DNA of 64,000 bases from Lophium mytilinum (lineage: Eukaryota): assembly GCA_010093605.1 (NCBI GenBank), contig MU004199.1:868001-932000 (forward strand), read 5' to 3'. A program made the translations under genes and the position numbers. Within the stretch, counting starts at the first letter, position 1. Each line of letters starts with the position of its first letter. A model generated the notes under the pieces. That model had not been told where the DNA came from. It saw only the letters and a list, made by a program, of their open reading frames with translations, and did not search any database. Positions 1 through 12,813 of the stretch are shown piece after piece.

Positions 1-2458
1 CACCGTCAAGAAGATACTGGCATATGCAAGGCATCGCAGATGGTTTTGTATCTCCGTAAGCACCTTCACTCGTGTCTACTCAAGGCGGCCAATTTACTAA
101 ACTCTTTCCAGCATACCTGCACTGGGAATCGTTCAAGCATCTCAACAGACGCGAGGTGGTGATCAAAGAACGCATGAAGGCCAATCGCAAATTACTGAGA
201 ACAGCCACCTGTATGCGAAATGATCCCGAGCCTTTTGAAAGGCCTCCCAGCATCATAGATTTACCCTCTATGCCAGACGAAAAGTACTCTTTCGGCCAGA
301 CTGAAGCGATACCGAGCGCGGAGCAGAAATCCGTAGAGGACGATCTCATCGACGACGTTAGCACGTTCAAGAAGATGAAAGGATACATCGAAAATTCTCC
401 GGAGCTTCGCTTTCTGTGGCACTACATCATCCCAGGTGATTTACTGCATTCTCGCCGTTCTCTCGACCAATACATGTACTCTACTCTCCCGGATACCTCC
501 GCAAGAGACAAGGATCAGATACTGCACAAATGCACACGGCAAGGCATCGGCAGTCTTTCGAACGAGACCCCGGATTATGAAGACGTAGACAGCGTCCATG
601 ATCAGGGCAACGATGTTGATGAAACAGGAAATGTATTGGTGGTGGATCAACTGTGGATGTGGGTAATGGATGATGGTAAGCACTACATTTCACCTCAGAG
701 CAGCATTACCGGTGGCAACGTCGGCCCAATATCAGGACGTACCCAAGCGCAGAGAGCCATACCGCGGCCTTCAATTTAGTCCCATGACCAAGTCGAAGTG
801 TTCTGAGATCCACTGCTAGCTCTTTGAATCTTGCATATCCCCGGTCGACCTAAACCTATCTAGGTGGAAGACTTCCCTCCCCTTAACAAAACGTACCTTC
901 CAGTCAAGCTCCTTCATTGTGTTGCTCGAATATCGCTGACATATACCAGCGTCCGTAGTGACATTTTTCCCTCCCAAAGAAGTCGATATGCCGAACAACA
1001 AAGACAAACCTGTACCGGCACATTCGTCTGCAATTGACCTGGATCCCTCAAACTCCGTCTCAGCAAGGCTGATCGCCGAAGGAGATCTTCGAACATGTAT
1101 TCAACGAGAAATAGAGGGCAATGAGGACCCATTCAAGAACCAATGGGACCTTGCCGCCTTCATAGTGAAGCACGTCGTCACTGCTCTCTTCGATAGATTC
1201 GAGAACAGCGGTCCGCAAGCATTGCGAAATTTTGCCGAGTACATTGACAGACTAGTAAGCTACGAAACCTTTTCCTCATTCGCCATCACTAACATCACTA
1301 GATCGAAAAACAAGCTACATCTTGGGCATCTCTGAATCTGCGTCGTGGATTGAGTCTCGCAGACTCGAGCAAGGAGATTAAGCAGGTCTTCCAGGATCTC
1401 CGAGATCTGCGTGAGCTTCGCGATGTTGAGGACGAGCTGAGAATCATCACCAAAATACTGAGCAAGCAGAATGTGCATATTTCGAAGATGCAACGAATGT
1501 ACGACAAGCATCTCGGCGCTGGAAAATCGAGAGGCGCAGCATATCTGCAAGAAGCGCTTGGAATCATCGGGCGCAAGCAAGAACAAGTGCGACGAATGAC
1601 TATGAACATGGAGATGGCAAAGAAAGGGTTTGAGGAGCTTATTAACTTGCAGCAGAATCAGATATCAATCAACCAGGCGGTGGCGGCGGGTAAACAGTCG
1701 CGCGCTGTGACAATCTTCACTGGTAAGTCACTCGTCAAAGGATATGGCTGAAAATGGTGCGTTCGACTAATGCCTGCTACAGTGTTCACCGTCTTCTTCG
1801 TAAGTGTCTCGTGCCAGCCTTCGCAAGAATTCAATTAACCACAAGCGCTAGCTCCCGCTTTCCTTTTTCACTTCCTTGTATGGTATGAATGTGTCTGAAT
1901 GGGGTGGCAATGCGGGGACAGTCTCAATGAAGGTCATTCTGTCGACAATGCGTAAGCTCTCCGACCTACTAACGTGCCAACCTTCCGCTTACCCAAATCT
2001 ACGAAGTCCCTCTCTCATTCGTGGTCATTGTACTCGCCTTCCTCTTCGCAATGAATAGCAGCTTCCGCGAAGCCGTGACTTCCTCCTTCGAAATACTCGT
2101 CGAATGCCTCATCATACTGATCGAATTTGTCTCCAAATGGTCTGGCTTCGTGAAGCTTTCGACATGGCTTCACAAGGCTAAGAAAAGCGTTGGCACTGGG
2201 AGGATCTACGCTTTCAAGAAAGTTGTGAAGAGGCATAAATTAAAGCGGAGGAAGGCAAGTGCAGAAGCAAGGACTCAAGAGAAGCGAGAGAAGAAAATGC
2301 TACAGCGGCCATCGAGTGCGGCTTCTGGATCTAATGTACCTGGATTCCAGGGAGCTGGGAGTGGGGGAAGGAGGAGGTGGATGCATTTGCCGAAACCTGG
2401 GATCCAAGATGAGGGACCGGAATCGGATTCGGACGACGGAGCAGATTCGATCGTCTAG
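1..2458 (+). CDS. 3' part of a multi-exon fungal CorA-like (Mg2+ transporter-like C-terminal TM domain) protein; begins upstream of the window
   Basis: ORFs 72-779, 958-1335, 1350-1751, 1876-2058 and 2021-2458 join through GT-AG introns (about 56-111, 676-949, 1254-1302, 1723-1781, 1800-1851, 1952-2006). Spliced motifs are LPYLHWE, VVDQLWMWVMD, a coiled coil, then TIFTVFTVFF-LPLSFFTSLYGMN (CorA GMN signature) and a second TM helix. Confidence 0.8.
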
Positions 2459-3700
2459 CTTTCCGGGGCGCTCGCGAATCGCCTCATTTATGGAACCGAA
2501 TTCTATATTGCACAGCAATGGTGCAAGCATGGCATCGGATCTGATAGACATCAGAATCCTTATCCCGCAGGAGATTTAAGATTCCGTCGTTTGCCACCCG
2601 AATTCATTTATCCTATTCAAAGTAAGACAAAAAGGCTGATAACACATGCCCGACTTAATAAGTTATTATTGGTTTCTAACATGATCCACAATATGGGGCC
2701 GAGGTGTATCATTCTCTAAGCATCTCACCTTTTTCTATAATTTGATAAGCTCCACCATCTAAAGACGCTCCATAATTGCACAGCTTTGTTGAAGACGCCT
2801 GTCAACGAATGTTGAAGGTTCCGTTGGGAAAGAGAGTGTGTGCATCGTATTACTAACGTTACATTGGTTAGCCACCTAGTCGTTGACGGATATATCTGAC
2901 ATCCAACTTGACCAATAGTTTGGAAGCGCTGCAAGGGGCCCGAGCGCATCGGGAAGGTCCGTGGAACAGGCCGCGGGGGGGCTGCATATCAGGGCGGTTC
3001 AACGAAGCATGATTGATTGTCGGGTCCCACCGCCTTGGAATTCCCAGGCGCAATGCGACTCTTGCGGATCCCTATGGCGCTTGCGCTAGACTGGTGGCTA
3101 GGAACTGCCCTGATCTTCCCGCCACTGGTCCCAGCATCAACAAAGGTGCTCTCTGAAGGATTCAAAGGTGAGTTTGGGGCCGGCGGGAATCGTGGTTGTG
3201 GGGACGGGGACGACGTTTACGGTGGGAGTTGTGACAGGGACGGGAATAGGGACGGGGGCGGGGATAGGGGCTACGGGGACTGCGGTGCAGTTTACGGGCG
3301 TTGCGGCGGCGAAGGGAGAGATCTGGGGATGGGTGTTGAGTTTGATAGGGTGCTAGCTGCTCTTGATGTGGGCGTGAGGCATGAGATATGGAAAGTGGTG
3401 TGTGACTAGGAGTGGCAATGATTAATACGAGTCTTGAAGATAAAATTTGTGAATCTGAAGTGTGAATATCCGGTCGATATACAGGACAAGACATAAGCCT
3501 GGGTATGCGAGAGTACTACTGCTTGGGGTGCCTCTAGAAATCTGTGGACTTAACACGGAGTGTAAGTGATGATAGAGTAGATATTGGACTACCTACAATC
3601 AATCAAAACTGAAATCTAACGTTCCAATTCCTAACCGCTCAAATGCTAAGAATATCTCACCTTGCCATCTAAAATTTTACACAAACACGCTAAAGCAAAT

Positions 3701-4807
3701 TCAACTCTGCTTCCCGACACTCTGCTCCAGCTTCAACAAGCTGCGCACGGTATCCGTAATTGACTGCCTCAACGGGATGAAAGTCATGCCCAATTCCGTC
3801 GTCGCCTTCGCATTGCTAACGTTGTACGTTTCCGGGTCCTTTGCCCCAGGCGCGCTCTGCGGCACCTTCGCCGCCACCTCCAGCACCTCCTCGCGGATGA
3901 TGTCGCAGATTTCCCGGTAGGTCATATTGCCACTGGTGATGAAGTACCGCTGCTGAGCCGCGCCGGCGGTCTCGTAGGCCCGCGCATGCGCTTCGCCCAC
4001 ATCACGCACGTCAACCCACGCCGGGAAGCCAGTCTCGGGGATCTCCTTAGTCGATCCGTTGATGAAGCGATAGATGTCCGCCGCTGAGGTGTTGAGGTGC
4101 GCGAGGTCAGTGACGCCGTGCTCGATAGGCCCGTAGATCATCGGCGGGTTGATAGTTGCAACGGTGAAGTTCGGCTTCTCCTTCTCTACGAAGTCCCATG
4201 CCGCTTTCTCGGCGAAGGTTTTGGAGGCGCTGTAGGCGACGCCGCCGGGGCCTGTCTTCGCAGCCTCCCAGGTCACGGGGTTCCAGTCGGCTTCGGTATA
4301 GGTGTGGCCAGGGCGGTTGCCTTTGGAGATGTCGACGATGGCGGCGAAGGAGGAGGTGATGACGACGCGCTTGACGGCGGGGTTGTTTTTCTTGATTGCT
4401 TTGAGGATTTCGGTCGTACCCTTGACGGCTGGGTCTAGTAGGTCACGCTCGTTGTTCTCGACTTCCATCACGAAGGGAGAGGCGGTGTGGATGACACCGT
4501 CGACATCTTTTACGGCTTCGTCAAAGGCTCCCGGGGCGGCTACGTCCTTGACGATGGCAAAACTTAGTTGCTTGAGGTACTTGGAGTGTGACTTCATGAC
4601 CTTCTCGGCGGTGGCGTCTGACCGGACGGTGCCACGGACATTGTATCCGCGTTGAAGGAAAGCGTTAAGAACGTGTGCGGCAACGAAACCGGAGGCACCA
4701 GAAATGAGAATAGTCTGGTTTTGTGGTAGCTTGCTGCCGTTTACGAGGTTCGTGATTGAAGAGGTTGCGTTGGCCGCGAGGTCTTTGGCTGTCTGGACTG
4801 CGGACAT
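3701..4807 (-). CDS. NAD(P)-dependent epimerase/aldehyde reductase (Gre2/Ari1-like extended SDR)
   Basis: Intronless ORF with ISGASGFVA Rossmann motif, VIHTASP, VVITSS, YSASK (YxxxK), NPPMIYGP and WVDVRDV. Start taken at the first ATG (MSAVQ). Confidence 0.92.
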   Translation of the reverse strand: MSAVQTAKDLAANATSSITNLVNGSKLPQNQTILISGASGFVAAHVLNAFLQRGYNVRGTVRSDATAEKVMKSHSKYLKQLSFAIVKDVAAPGAFDEAVKDVDGVIHTASPFVMEVENNERDLLDPAVKGTTEILKAIKKNNPAVKRVVITSSFAAIVDISKGNRPGHTYTEADWNPVTWEAAKTGPGGVAYSASKTFAEKAAWDFVEKEKPNFTVATINPPMIYGPIEHGVTDLAHLNTSAADIYRFINGSTKEIPETGFPAWVDVRDVGEAHARAYETAGAAQQRYFITSGNMTYREICDIIREEVLEVAAKVPQSAPGAKDPETYNVSNAKATTELGMTFIPLRQSITDTVRSLLKLEQSVGKQS

Positions 4808-5914
4808 GATGGAGGATATCGGCGATTGCAAGAAAAGAAGATGGGGTATATAACAGGCTCTGGGAGTTGGATATGCTCTTAGGGTAGGAATGATGATTTG
4901 ATATCGAACTTACGGTGCCTACTGGCTCATATACTTTTTTTTCCACCGCCGCAATCCTGACATCACAGCCGGTGGTAAGTTCCAGAATTCCTATAACTCC
5001 GGGACTACAAGCTATCGATACTTGGCAGTTGCCCCCTCACTAACACAATCACCTCGGCATCTATCCGTTCTCTATGTTCTACGTTTCAAGCATCATCGAT
5101 GCGGAGCCGAAACGACTGCGGAAACCCCCACGTTGAGCTTGTTAAGCTAGTAGTTCCAGAGCGCCGGAAAGCTATTGTCCCAGTAGTGGAAGCAGAAATC
5201 ATCCATGCTGAAGATTGAACCACTTATTGACCACCATGATCTAATTGAGCCTTCGCAGAGCCTCCTTAGGAAGTCACTCCGAAGTAGTTGATTTCAGATT
5301 TTTCAGACGAGAACCGGTAGGACCCTGATTTTAATTTCTAATCATCCGGTCTCATCCTAAGGGGGTGCAAAACTCTTCGGAAAATACCTGGAGACAATGA
5401 CGTGACTGTGGCTGCGTGCTCGGCCGGGGGGAAGATCTCCAGGGTTCTACCGGCCCGTTAGATTGACACCTAGATAGGCGATGTGGCGACTCTTAGAAAT
5501 CATGACGCCGGAGTGGTGCCGAGAAGTATCTAACATGTTAATTGAGTATTAGGGCGTATACGTACGCCCGCATTGGCACGCTATGTTGACCCTACGTATT
5601 TAAGCATTTTAGGACCCCTATCGGCCCAATATGTAAGCCCGTTGGCGCTTAGCAAATCCAATGCGGATCCACTATTACGGTTTAGGGGATCTGCTAGCGT
5701 GCCAAGGTGAAGGTATGTATACGCCCTGATACTCAATCAAGACGGTGTGACGGTACCTCGTTCCGCGGAGGGGCCGAGTAGGGATCAGTGTAGATAGAAG
5801 CGGGTTTCGTGCTTCTTGTCGGGTCGCTCCTCTGCATTCCTTTCCGAATTCGGGCTCGGCGATCAGGTACGAAGGGTTTTAGTAGCGTACATAGGTATAT
5901 TCAGCGGGATCCAG

Positions 5915-6058
5915 TCTTGCTCGCTCGACACCGCTGTGAGAAGTCGTCCAGCTAGCTGGTATACCGTCAGTCAAAGGGTAGTCCATTATCCACTGCATTG
6001 ACCTTGACATCGTATTTGATCTCGATAAGCCTACAGGTGGTCGCCAAACTGTGGCAAG
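5915..6058 (+). repeat. Dispersed partial copy of the ~240-bp repeat unit tandemly arrayed at 54.2-55.2 kb
   Basis: TTGCTCGCTCGACACCGCTGTGAGAAGTCGTCCAGCTAGCTG...CTTGACATCG...AAACTGTGGCAAG aligns colinearly with TTGCTCACTTGACACCACTGTGAGGAGTAGCCCAGCCAGCTG...CTTGACATCG...AAACAGTGGCGAAG at about 54261-54404. Confidence 0.75.
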
Positions 6059-6339
6059 AAAAACGATTCATCTCGTACTGTGTCGTCCACCACATTCTAT
6101 CCCTCTATTCATCCAACTTGTCCCAGTAACAGACCATGGCTCTGTGACCAGTCGCTTGCCGCTGCTTGGGGTAGCCCCGCGGGTTTGAGGAATTCGTTTC
6201 GATTCGAACTTTCAGGCAGTGTGATCTGAACTGCCTCTAGACCAGCCAGCTTCGCGTCAACGGGGCCGCTCGTGACGGTGGTATTTGGTTTCCAAAGCGG
6301 CGCGCAAGGAGTGGCGTTTCGGGCGCCGTTTGCCCCGGC

Positions 6340-8112
6340 CTATGGTCTATTACTGAAGGTTTGTTTATCCTCCAACCTTTTCCGTCGAGCTTCACGCCAG
6401 CCTGGACCCCATTTCATCAGCACAAGAAGAATAGGCGACGTGCAGAAAACGACAGCCGCGATGAAGGTAAAACACCACCCTCTTCCCATACTATCGATCA
6501 TTATCTGAATGATAGCCGTTCCCGCCGCTCCTAGTAGACATCTGGCAAGGTTATTGGCAGCAGTAGCAGTTGCCGGGCTAAGAGGATAAAAGTCGACCAG
6601 CAGAACGCTCATGCAATTGAAAGCACCCGAGAGCCCGATACCCATAATGAAGTGGAGCACCAGCGGCACGGCGAGGGAGGTTTCGACTTGCACGACCCAG
6701 CCATAGCAGAGCAATGCAGCATTTCCGAGATACACTAACGGGATTGCGACTTGGATACGAGCCCTTTCGATTGGGATCTTTTTGAGGTCGTCTCCACGTT
6801 TTCGGTCGATAGTGATGCCGGCTTTCTTGGCTAGTCGGCGGTAGTTCCAATCCATCAAGCGCCCGCAAGTCAGAGGCGCGCACAAGGCACCGACTCCAAA
6901 TGGAATAAAACAAAGCCCAATTTGTAGATCGTTGAAGCCGTAGATTTGTTCGAAAAGATAAGGCGCAGAGGCAATGACATCGTAGAAGGCGGTGTACACC
7001 AGGCTGTTGAAGAGAAGTAGCAGGCCGACATCTTTTTCGAGCATTACATGAAGCGTACCCAGCGGATTCGGAAATCGAAGTTTTCGTTTGCTGGCTAGTT
7101 CTGCTTGTGCTGCGCGGCTTTCATCGCGAGATACTGTCTGAGTAAGTTGACCTGCAGCTTTTTTGGCTTTCCGTGCCTCCATCCAGTTCAGTAGTGACAT
7201 ATTCCATCCTTGGGGTGGGATACTGCCGTTTCCGACAACATTCCTCGCGGTCTCGGGGAAACAGATGAAGAAGGGGATCATATAGACCGCCGACATTATC
7301 ACCAGAAACCAAAATATCGATCTCCAGCCCAGGAATTGGGCCAGCACTCCGCCAATTACAGGACCAACAGCGGGAGCAATCATGGGACCCTGAGAAGTGG
7401 TCAGCAAGTGGATAGGTAGCACATTAAAGTCACTTACGCTCGTAGCATATCCCATCCATGTCCCTCGCTCAGAACTAGTGGCAATATCTGCCACAACGCC
7501 ATTCCCAAGAGCGATCGTAGAACTGCTACCACTGCTTTGCAGGCACCGGAGAATGAAGAGTGCGGCAAAGGAATTTTGCAGTGCGAGTCCTATGCAAGCT
7601 CCGACATAAAGAATGAGGCCAATAGCGTATGCAGGTCTACGTCCCGCCATATCGGCAAGGTCGCCAAATATGGTGGGAGCTAATCCTTGGAAGATCATGT
7701 AAGATGTGAGGGTCAGGTTTATCAAACTGTTCGATACGTCCATCTCCCGCGCAAGCGTGTTCAGAGCCGGAAAATAGATATTGGCGGATAGCGGGGAGAA
7801 GAAGCCACCCCACGCAACGAGAAAGACGATGAATCGCTTTTTCCTTTTGCTGAATACGGAATAGGGAGGACCTAATGACTGAATGGTTGACAATGCCTCG
7901 AGATCTTGGGTTTGATCCCGTTCGGGTTGGTCCTCATTCAAAGATGGCGCTCGTGATATTGCTGTAGATTCTTGGCTCAAGCGACCCGTCTCTTTCTCAA
8001 TCGCGAACTCCTTAGAAGTCTCCAGCCGAGCATCTGCCTCAATTCCAAGAGCGGAGATTGTAGAGGGTATCTCTGTCTTCTCGACATCATGTAGATGGTG
8101 GGTTTTCTCCAT
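6340..8112 (-). CDS. MFS DHA1-family (QDR-like) drug:H+ antiporter
   Basis: About 12 hydrophobic segments. Motifs FFSPLSANIYFPAL, GDLADMAGRRP (motif A), ERGTWMG and GWRSIFWFL. One in-frame 48-nt intron at about 7390-7437. Confidence 0.93.
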   Translation of the reverse strand: MEKTHHLHDVEKTEIPSTISALGIEADARLETSKEFAIEKETGRLSQESTAISRAPSLNEDQPERDQTQDLEALSTIQSLGPPYSVFSKRKKRFIVFLVAWGGFFSPLSANIYFPALNTLAREMDVSNSLINLTLTSYMIFQGLAPTIFGDLADMAGRRPAYAIGLILYVGACIGLALQNSFAALFILRCLQSSGSSSTIALGNGVVADIATSSERGTWMGYATSVSDFNVLPIHLLTTSQGPMIAPAVGPVIGGVLAQFLGWRSIFWFLVIMSAVYMIPFFICFPETARNVVGNGSIPPQGWNMSLLNWMEARKAKKAAGQLTQTVSRDESRAAQAELASKRKLRFPNPLGTLHVMLEKDVGLLLLFNSLVYTAFYDVIASAPYLFEQIYGFNDLQIGLCFIPFGVGALCAPLTCGRLMDWNYRRLAKKAGITIDRKRGDDLKKIPIERARIQVAIPLVYLGNAALLCYGWVVQVETSLAVPLVLHFIMGIGLSGAFNCMSVLLVDFYPLSPATATAANNLARCLLGAAGTAIIQIMIDSMGRGWCFTFIAAVVFCTSPILLVLMKWGPGWREARRKRLEDKQTFSNRP

Positions 8113-8999
8113 GATAGTGGCACAGGCAATACTGTCGAGTTTAGGGTGCAACTCCGCAGAAGGGTTCGCGAAAGTTTAGCCAGCTGTCGAAGTAGAACTC
8201 CAGCTTGCCCGGCCGGTGGAGACAGTAGTGCATTTCCGATTCAGCGACCTCAACGGCGACATCGGCATCCATACGGTTAGCTATGTCCGCAGCTATCGAA
8301 TGCCATCGTTATTGGCCACCAGCGCGGTGCTTTACTGAAAGGAGCTGGTGGTTGCTGCCCGTTGCCGGATTGCCGCTACAACGATAGCGAATTTCCTAGG
8401 TTGCCTGCCGGCATGATGGCGGCGTCGACGATCCGGCAGGCAGCTCAAAGCCGCCCTATTCCCGTCCCGCGTTTTCTTTGCTAAAAGACGCATCGTTTTG
8501 CGTGTGTGTTCCATGTTTCAAGGCGGAAGGGTCTTGATATATTGATGAAATGAAAGGTGGAAGTTGGAGAAGTTGGGATGGATAAGCAGCTGTCAGCGCG
8601 AGTTATTGGTGGCGGCAAGGAGGTTTAGGGGACTGGGGCACGCTAGAGTGGATTAGCTTTTTGGGAAGTGCGTGGAGCTTTCTGGACACCCCAATATGCT
8701 TTCATCACTAACATGAACGCGGTAGCGCTTTTGATATTCAGCATCTAAGCATCAAGGTTCTCTAACTTTCTGCTTCTATACTGTCTGAAGTATAGAACTA
8801 ATTGGGCCGACCAGAGTCACCGAACATCAACTGTCGCTTCAATGCACCCTTAAATCTAGAGAACAGTGACAAATACACTTCAAGAAGCAGTTTATTTATG
8901 TATTAGAACAGCAAGTACATAAGATACAGCAAACAACGCATACAACATCAATCATACACCCCAAACCCCGTCTCATGTCGCACCACCCCTCAAACAGCC

Positions 9000-9344
9000 T
9001 TACAAAGTCCTCTTTTCATCCCCTACCATGATCCCACGACCACCATACCCGCTATCCATCTTGTTCTCATAAGTGGTTGTATAATCCCAAGCTGGCACAT
9101 TGTCGTAGTCCGGCGGGTTCTCCTCCTGCGCCTCAATCTCCTTCGAGTGTCTAGACATCTGCGCATCCTGAATCGCAGAGCGACGAGCTTCCTCATAATT
9201 CAGCTCCCCCTCGATAGCTCTAGTAGCCTTCTCTTCCTCGCGCGCTTTGCGCTTCTCCTGAACCTTCTTGGTGCCCAAGGCCACGCCGGCGAGGACGAGG
9301 GTGGCGATGGGGCCGCGGCGGCGGTTGTTGCGTCGGGGGCACAT
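9000..9344 (-). CDS. Small hypothetical protein (basic N-terminus, short hydrophobic segment, coiled coil, PPDY motif)
   Basis: 114-aa ATG-initiated ORF with protein-like composition and gene-like codon usage. Confidence 0.6.
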   Translation of the reverse strand: MCPRRNNRRRGPIATLVLAGVALGTKKVQEKRKAREEEKATRAIEGELNYEEARRSAIQDAQMSRHSKEIEAQEENPPDYDNVPAWDYTTTYENKMDSGYGGRGIMVGDEKRTL

Positions 9345-9927
9345 GTTGCTTGGACTTTGGTTTGGGGTTGGAATTGGCTTTGCAGAGGATATTTGAAGAG
9401 CTTGATTATGAATCTCGATTGAGGTATGATTGAACGTTTGATGATGGTTGGTGATGGATGGAGAAATATCTGCCTACCTATACGACACATTATATATTTG
9501 AGATCAGACTCTTCAAGACGCATTTACGGGCGTAAGCTGCGATATACGGGCTTGAAGCTAGATACATTGTTGTTCCGCTTCGAAGGTGTACGAAGGAAGA
9601 CTATTTGGGAGACATTCGGCGCGAGGCGCTAGGGTTGCGTCATGGAACGGATTGACCAATCAGATCTCGTTTGGTGCTACCGCACAGCCACATGCTTACG
9701 GCCGAGAGTGAATTGCGGGGAGGAGATCAAAAGCTTGTTTACTAAACTAGACAGTTTCCAGTGACGTTGTACAGGCAGCACTAAGCTTCCAGGAGTCGTA
9801 AACGCGTGTATAGATCTTCAACATTCAATCTATATTATAGACTAACTAAATACTTCACTTCATCTAAGATAACTCTCAAGAGTGGCCAGCAGCATCCAAT
9901 CAAGGCTATAAGCCTTGATTAGCACAC

Positions 9928-10776
9928 CTACCACGTAACATCCTTGTGGTCGTAACAAGCAAAGCGCCCCTCTTCAGTCCGGGTAGCTCCATCAATCTGG
10001 ATCAAATGGGTTAGTAAGAGATCAATGCAAAAAAGACAGCAGAATAGCTTACCTCCTGAACAACCCCTTTAATACTCTCCTCCAACGTCACAGGCGCCAA
10101 CCCTCCCTCCGCCGCCCGAAAGACCTTCGCACCCTCATTCCCCATGTCCGTTTGCGTCCATCCCGGGCAAACCGGCAAAGCAACCAGGCCCTCGTGTTCA
10201 TAGTGCAGCCTTCTGGTCAGGTAGTTGATGCTCGCTTTACTTGCCCCGTAGGCGCCGCACGGCAATCCCCACTCAGGCCCTACCTTCACACTCCCCAAGC
10301 TCGACGAAATCACGATGAACTTCGGCGACACAGACTTCTGCAACAGGGGCCAGGTGGCTTGGAAAAGCACCAAGGGCCCTACGACGTTGATGCTCTGGTG
10401 GTAGAGGTACTCATCGACTGTGATGTCGAGGACGGGGTTGAAGACGGTAACGCCCGCGTTTGCAATGACTAGGTCGATGCGGGAGATCGAGGATGGGAGG
10501 GTGGAAACGGCAGTTTTGGCGTCGGTGGGGGCGAGTGAGTCGATCTTAATGGTGATGAGGGTGCTTCCGGTGCCTTTCGGGAGAGTTACAAGGGCCTTGG
10601 AGTTAGATTTGGAGGGATCGCGGACGGCGGCAATAACGGTAGTGTGAGGGCGGGACAGGTACTCGGTGGTAAGGGCGTGGCCGATGCCTAGGCATATGAG
10701 AGAAATTCTTAGGGGCTTAGGGAGTTGCTATACCTCTATTAGCACCAGTGATAAGAACAACGTTGTTCGTCGACAT
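9928..10776 (-). CDS. Short-chain dehydrogenase/reductase, NOR-1 (aflatoxin ketoreductase)-like
   Basis: Spliced: MSTNNVVLITGANRG-IGHALTTEYLSRPHTTVIAAVRD...IDLVIANAG...ISSSLGS...YGASK...CPGWTQTDMG...IDGATRTEEGRFACYDHKDVTW*. Introns at about 10689-10733 and 9998-10052. Confidence 0.88.
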
Positions 10777-11599
10777 TTTGAAGTAACTTGGTTGGTGGTT
10801 CGAAAGAGATTCGAAATTTAGCTGAAGTGATAAGATATTGGTCGAGATGGTGTAGTGAGGCGTTGTCTGGTGTTCTGTGATGCAATATATCGAGCCATGA
10901 TCGTGGTACTTTATATCAAGGGCAGAATCGTAGCACTGTCCTTCTGATTTCAAAGACTGAGATGCTGCAATGCGCTCTCTGGTATCGACAGTGTAGAGGA
11001 AGTCAAAGTCGCGCGGTAAGGGAACAGCTTCAACGCCGCGGGCGGAAACAATGAGAACGCCGTGTGGTTCCTGAATAATATTAGCCATACTTAATTTGCT
11101 ATATCAGGCTATTGATCGCCTTAGTTGCAGTAGCGAAAAGCGGACTGGCTGAACCACCCCCCCTGCTCGGAGGCGTACGAGTCTCCGCACCGAGCAAAGC
11201 GCTTCCACGTCCGCTTACAAACACATCTTCTAGTTCTCTGAATTAGGAGCAGATACGCTTGAGTTGATGGTTCGTCACGAAGCTCCACAACCTTGTATCA
11301 TTGCGAAGTCCACCAAACAGTATCTCGAATGCTTGATCGAACCATACAAAAGGCCCTCAAAATGTTCATGCAAACCTGGTGCCGGTCCGTGCAGATGTAC
11401 TCTCTCCCCTTACTTGAACACTCCATCCTCCGACTACAATGGCTTAATTGACGATTCCGACGTACTCTGAGCAGATACAATGAGTTTGCATACTACGAAG
11501 GCAGTTCTAGACTTGGAGACAAGATAGTTGCCGTCGCTAGGGAAGTCAACGGGGCATCTAAAGCCATTGTACTGATAGACCATACGTCTGGGCAGCTGG

Positions 11600-11745
11600 T
11601 TCGCCACTGCTTGAGGTGCCCCCACTAGGTTACAAAGTCCAGGGCCGATGTCGAGTGTCAAGCAGCTCAAATTAGACTTCCTCTTGACTGCCTGGCTATT
11701 GAGGAGCCAGACTACTCCTCACAGTAGTGCCGAGTGAGCAGACTC
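11600..11745 (-). repeat. Inverted dispersed copy of the ~240-bp repeat unit
   Basis: Reverse complement TCTGCTCACTCGGCACTACTGTGAGGAGTAGTCTGGCTCCTCAATAGCCAGGCAGTCAAGAGGAAGTCTAATTTG...GTAACCTAGTGGGGGCACCTCAAGCAGTGGCGAA aligns with the unit at about 54500-54645. Confidence 0.8.
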
Positions 11746-12813
11746 CACACTAAAGAGCGTTGAATCCATGTGCCTAAGCTCATGATCTAGTACTGTATTC
11801 TCACTGATCAGAGGGAAGATGTTGGGACTGCGGAGTAGCGTTCGAACGCAGCGAGAGACGAACCACATCGAAAATAATTTCTGGGACCGTTGGAGTAACC
11901 GGTCGGCGCCAAGCTTCCGTTTTCAATGCGGTAATAGCCAGATATGGGATATTCAAAATTTCTTGAATGCTTGATGTCAGTACCAGCCACCCCAAGAGTT
12001 AGGAAAAGAAGAAGTTTATCCATGGCCACTCCATCGCCACGACAAATTAGGAGCATGATTAGAGTGAAGATTTTACCGTTATCGACTGGAAAAGTGAGTG
12101 CTATTCTATTCCTAGTTGTTACATCTTCCAAAACTGCTTACCGTGGTGTCCTCGAAATATGCTAGGTAAATTCCACGAACATTATGTGGAGAAAGATGTG
12201 GGGCCAGCATCTTGACAGTACCGACGCTCAGTAGTTTCACACGTTAACAGAGACCTTAGTAGTGCGCCAGGTATGTACAATGCCACATGCCAGAGGAGAT
12301 GATATCGGGTACAAAGGTTGACGGTGTAGAATATCGATAAAGAAACGCGAATCGCGTCAAGGCATCTAATCTACTGTACCTTCGGCGATAGATGACCAAC
12401 ACAGTGCCATTGGAAGTCGTCCAGCTCGAGCGAAATGTCACGCCTTATGTGATTGATACTAAGTTAGAGTAGAGGCACAGGAAGTGGTTATTTCGATGAA
12501 GTGCAGATGTCCCTGATGTTAAGGTAGATCCGTCTCTTGGAGCGGGGGCATTACAAATCAGAATCCGTCGCCAATCACAGTGCCTGCACTTAGTATAAGG
12601 AAATTTAGCGCAACGCTAAACGCCTTTAAGACATAATCAAGAGGTAGTTGCTGAATCGACATTAATAATCCAGATTTCAACCATGTCTACCTGGAGTGTC
12701 AGAGGCATTCAAGTAATTCCAATGCGTCAGTTCAACACTGGGGATATCAACCTCGCTATTTGTTCCAAGTAAACGGTTTAGCATCTCGAATCAATTCTAT
12801 TTTTTACTTAAAA

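Noticed and set aside
676..949. Unusually long intron as a snoRNA host or stwintron
   Set aside because: No convincing C/D or H/ACA box pair, and no nested donor-branch-acceptor set found.
2990..3494. Overlapping Gly- or Pro-rich ORFs
   Set aside because: Low-complexity G-rich sequence opens frames on both strands. I could not build a coherent start, splice pattern or motif.
11800..12480. Possible decayed gene on the minus strand between the SDR and the TF
   Set aside because: Short protein-like fragments in different frames with no recognisable family motif.
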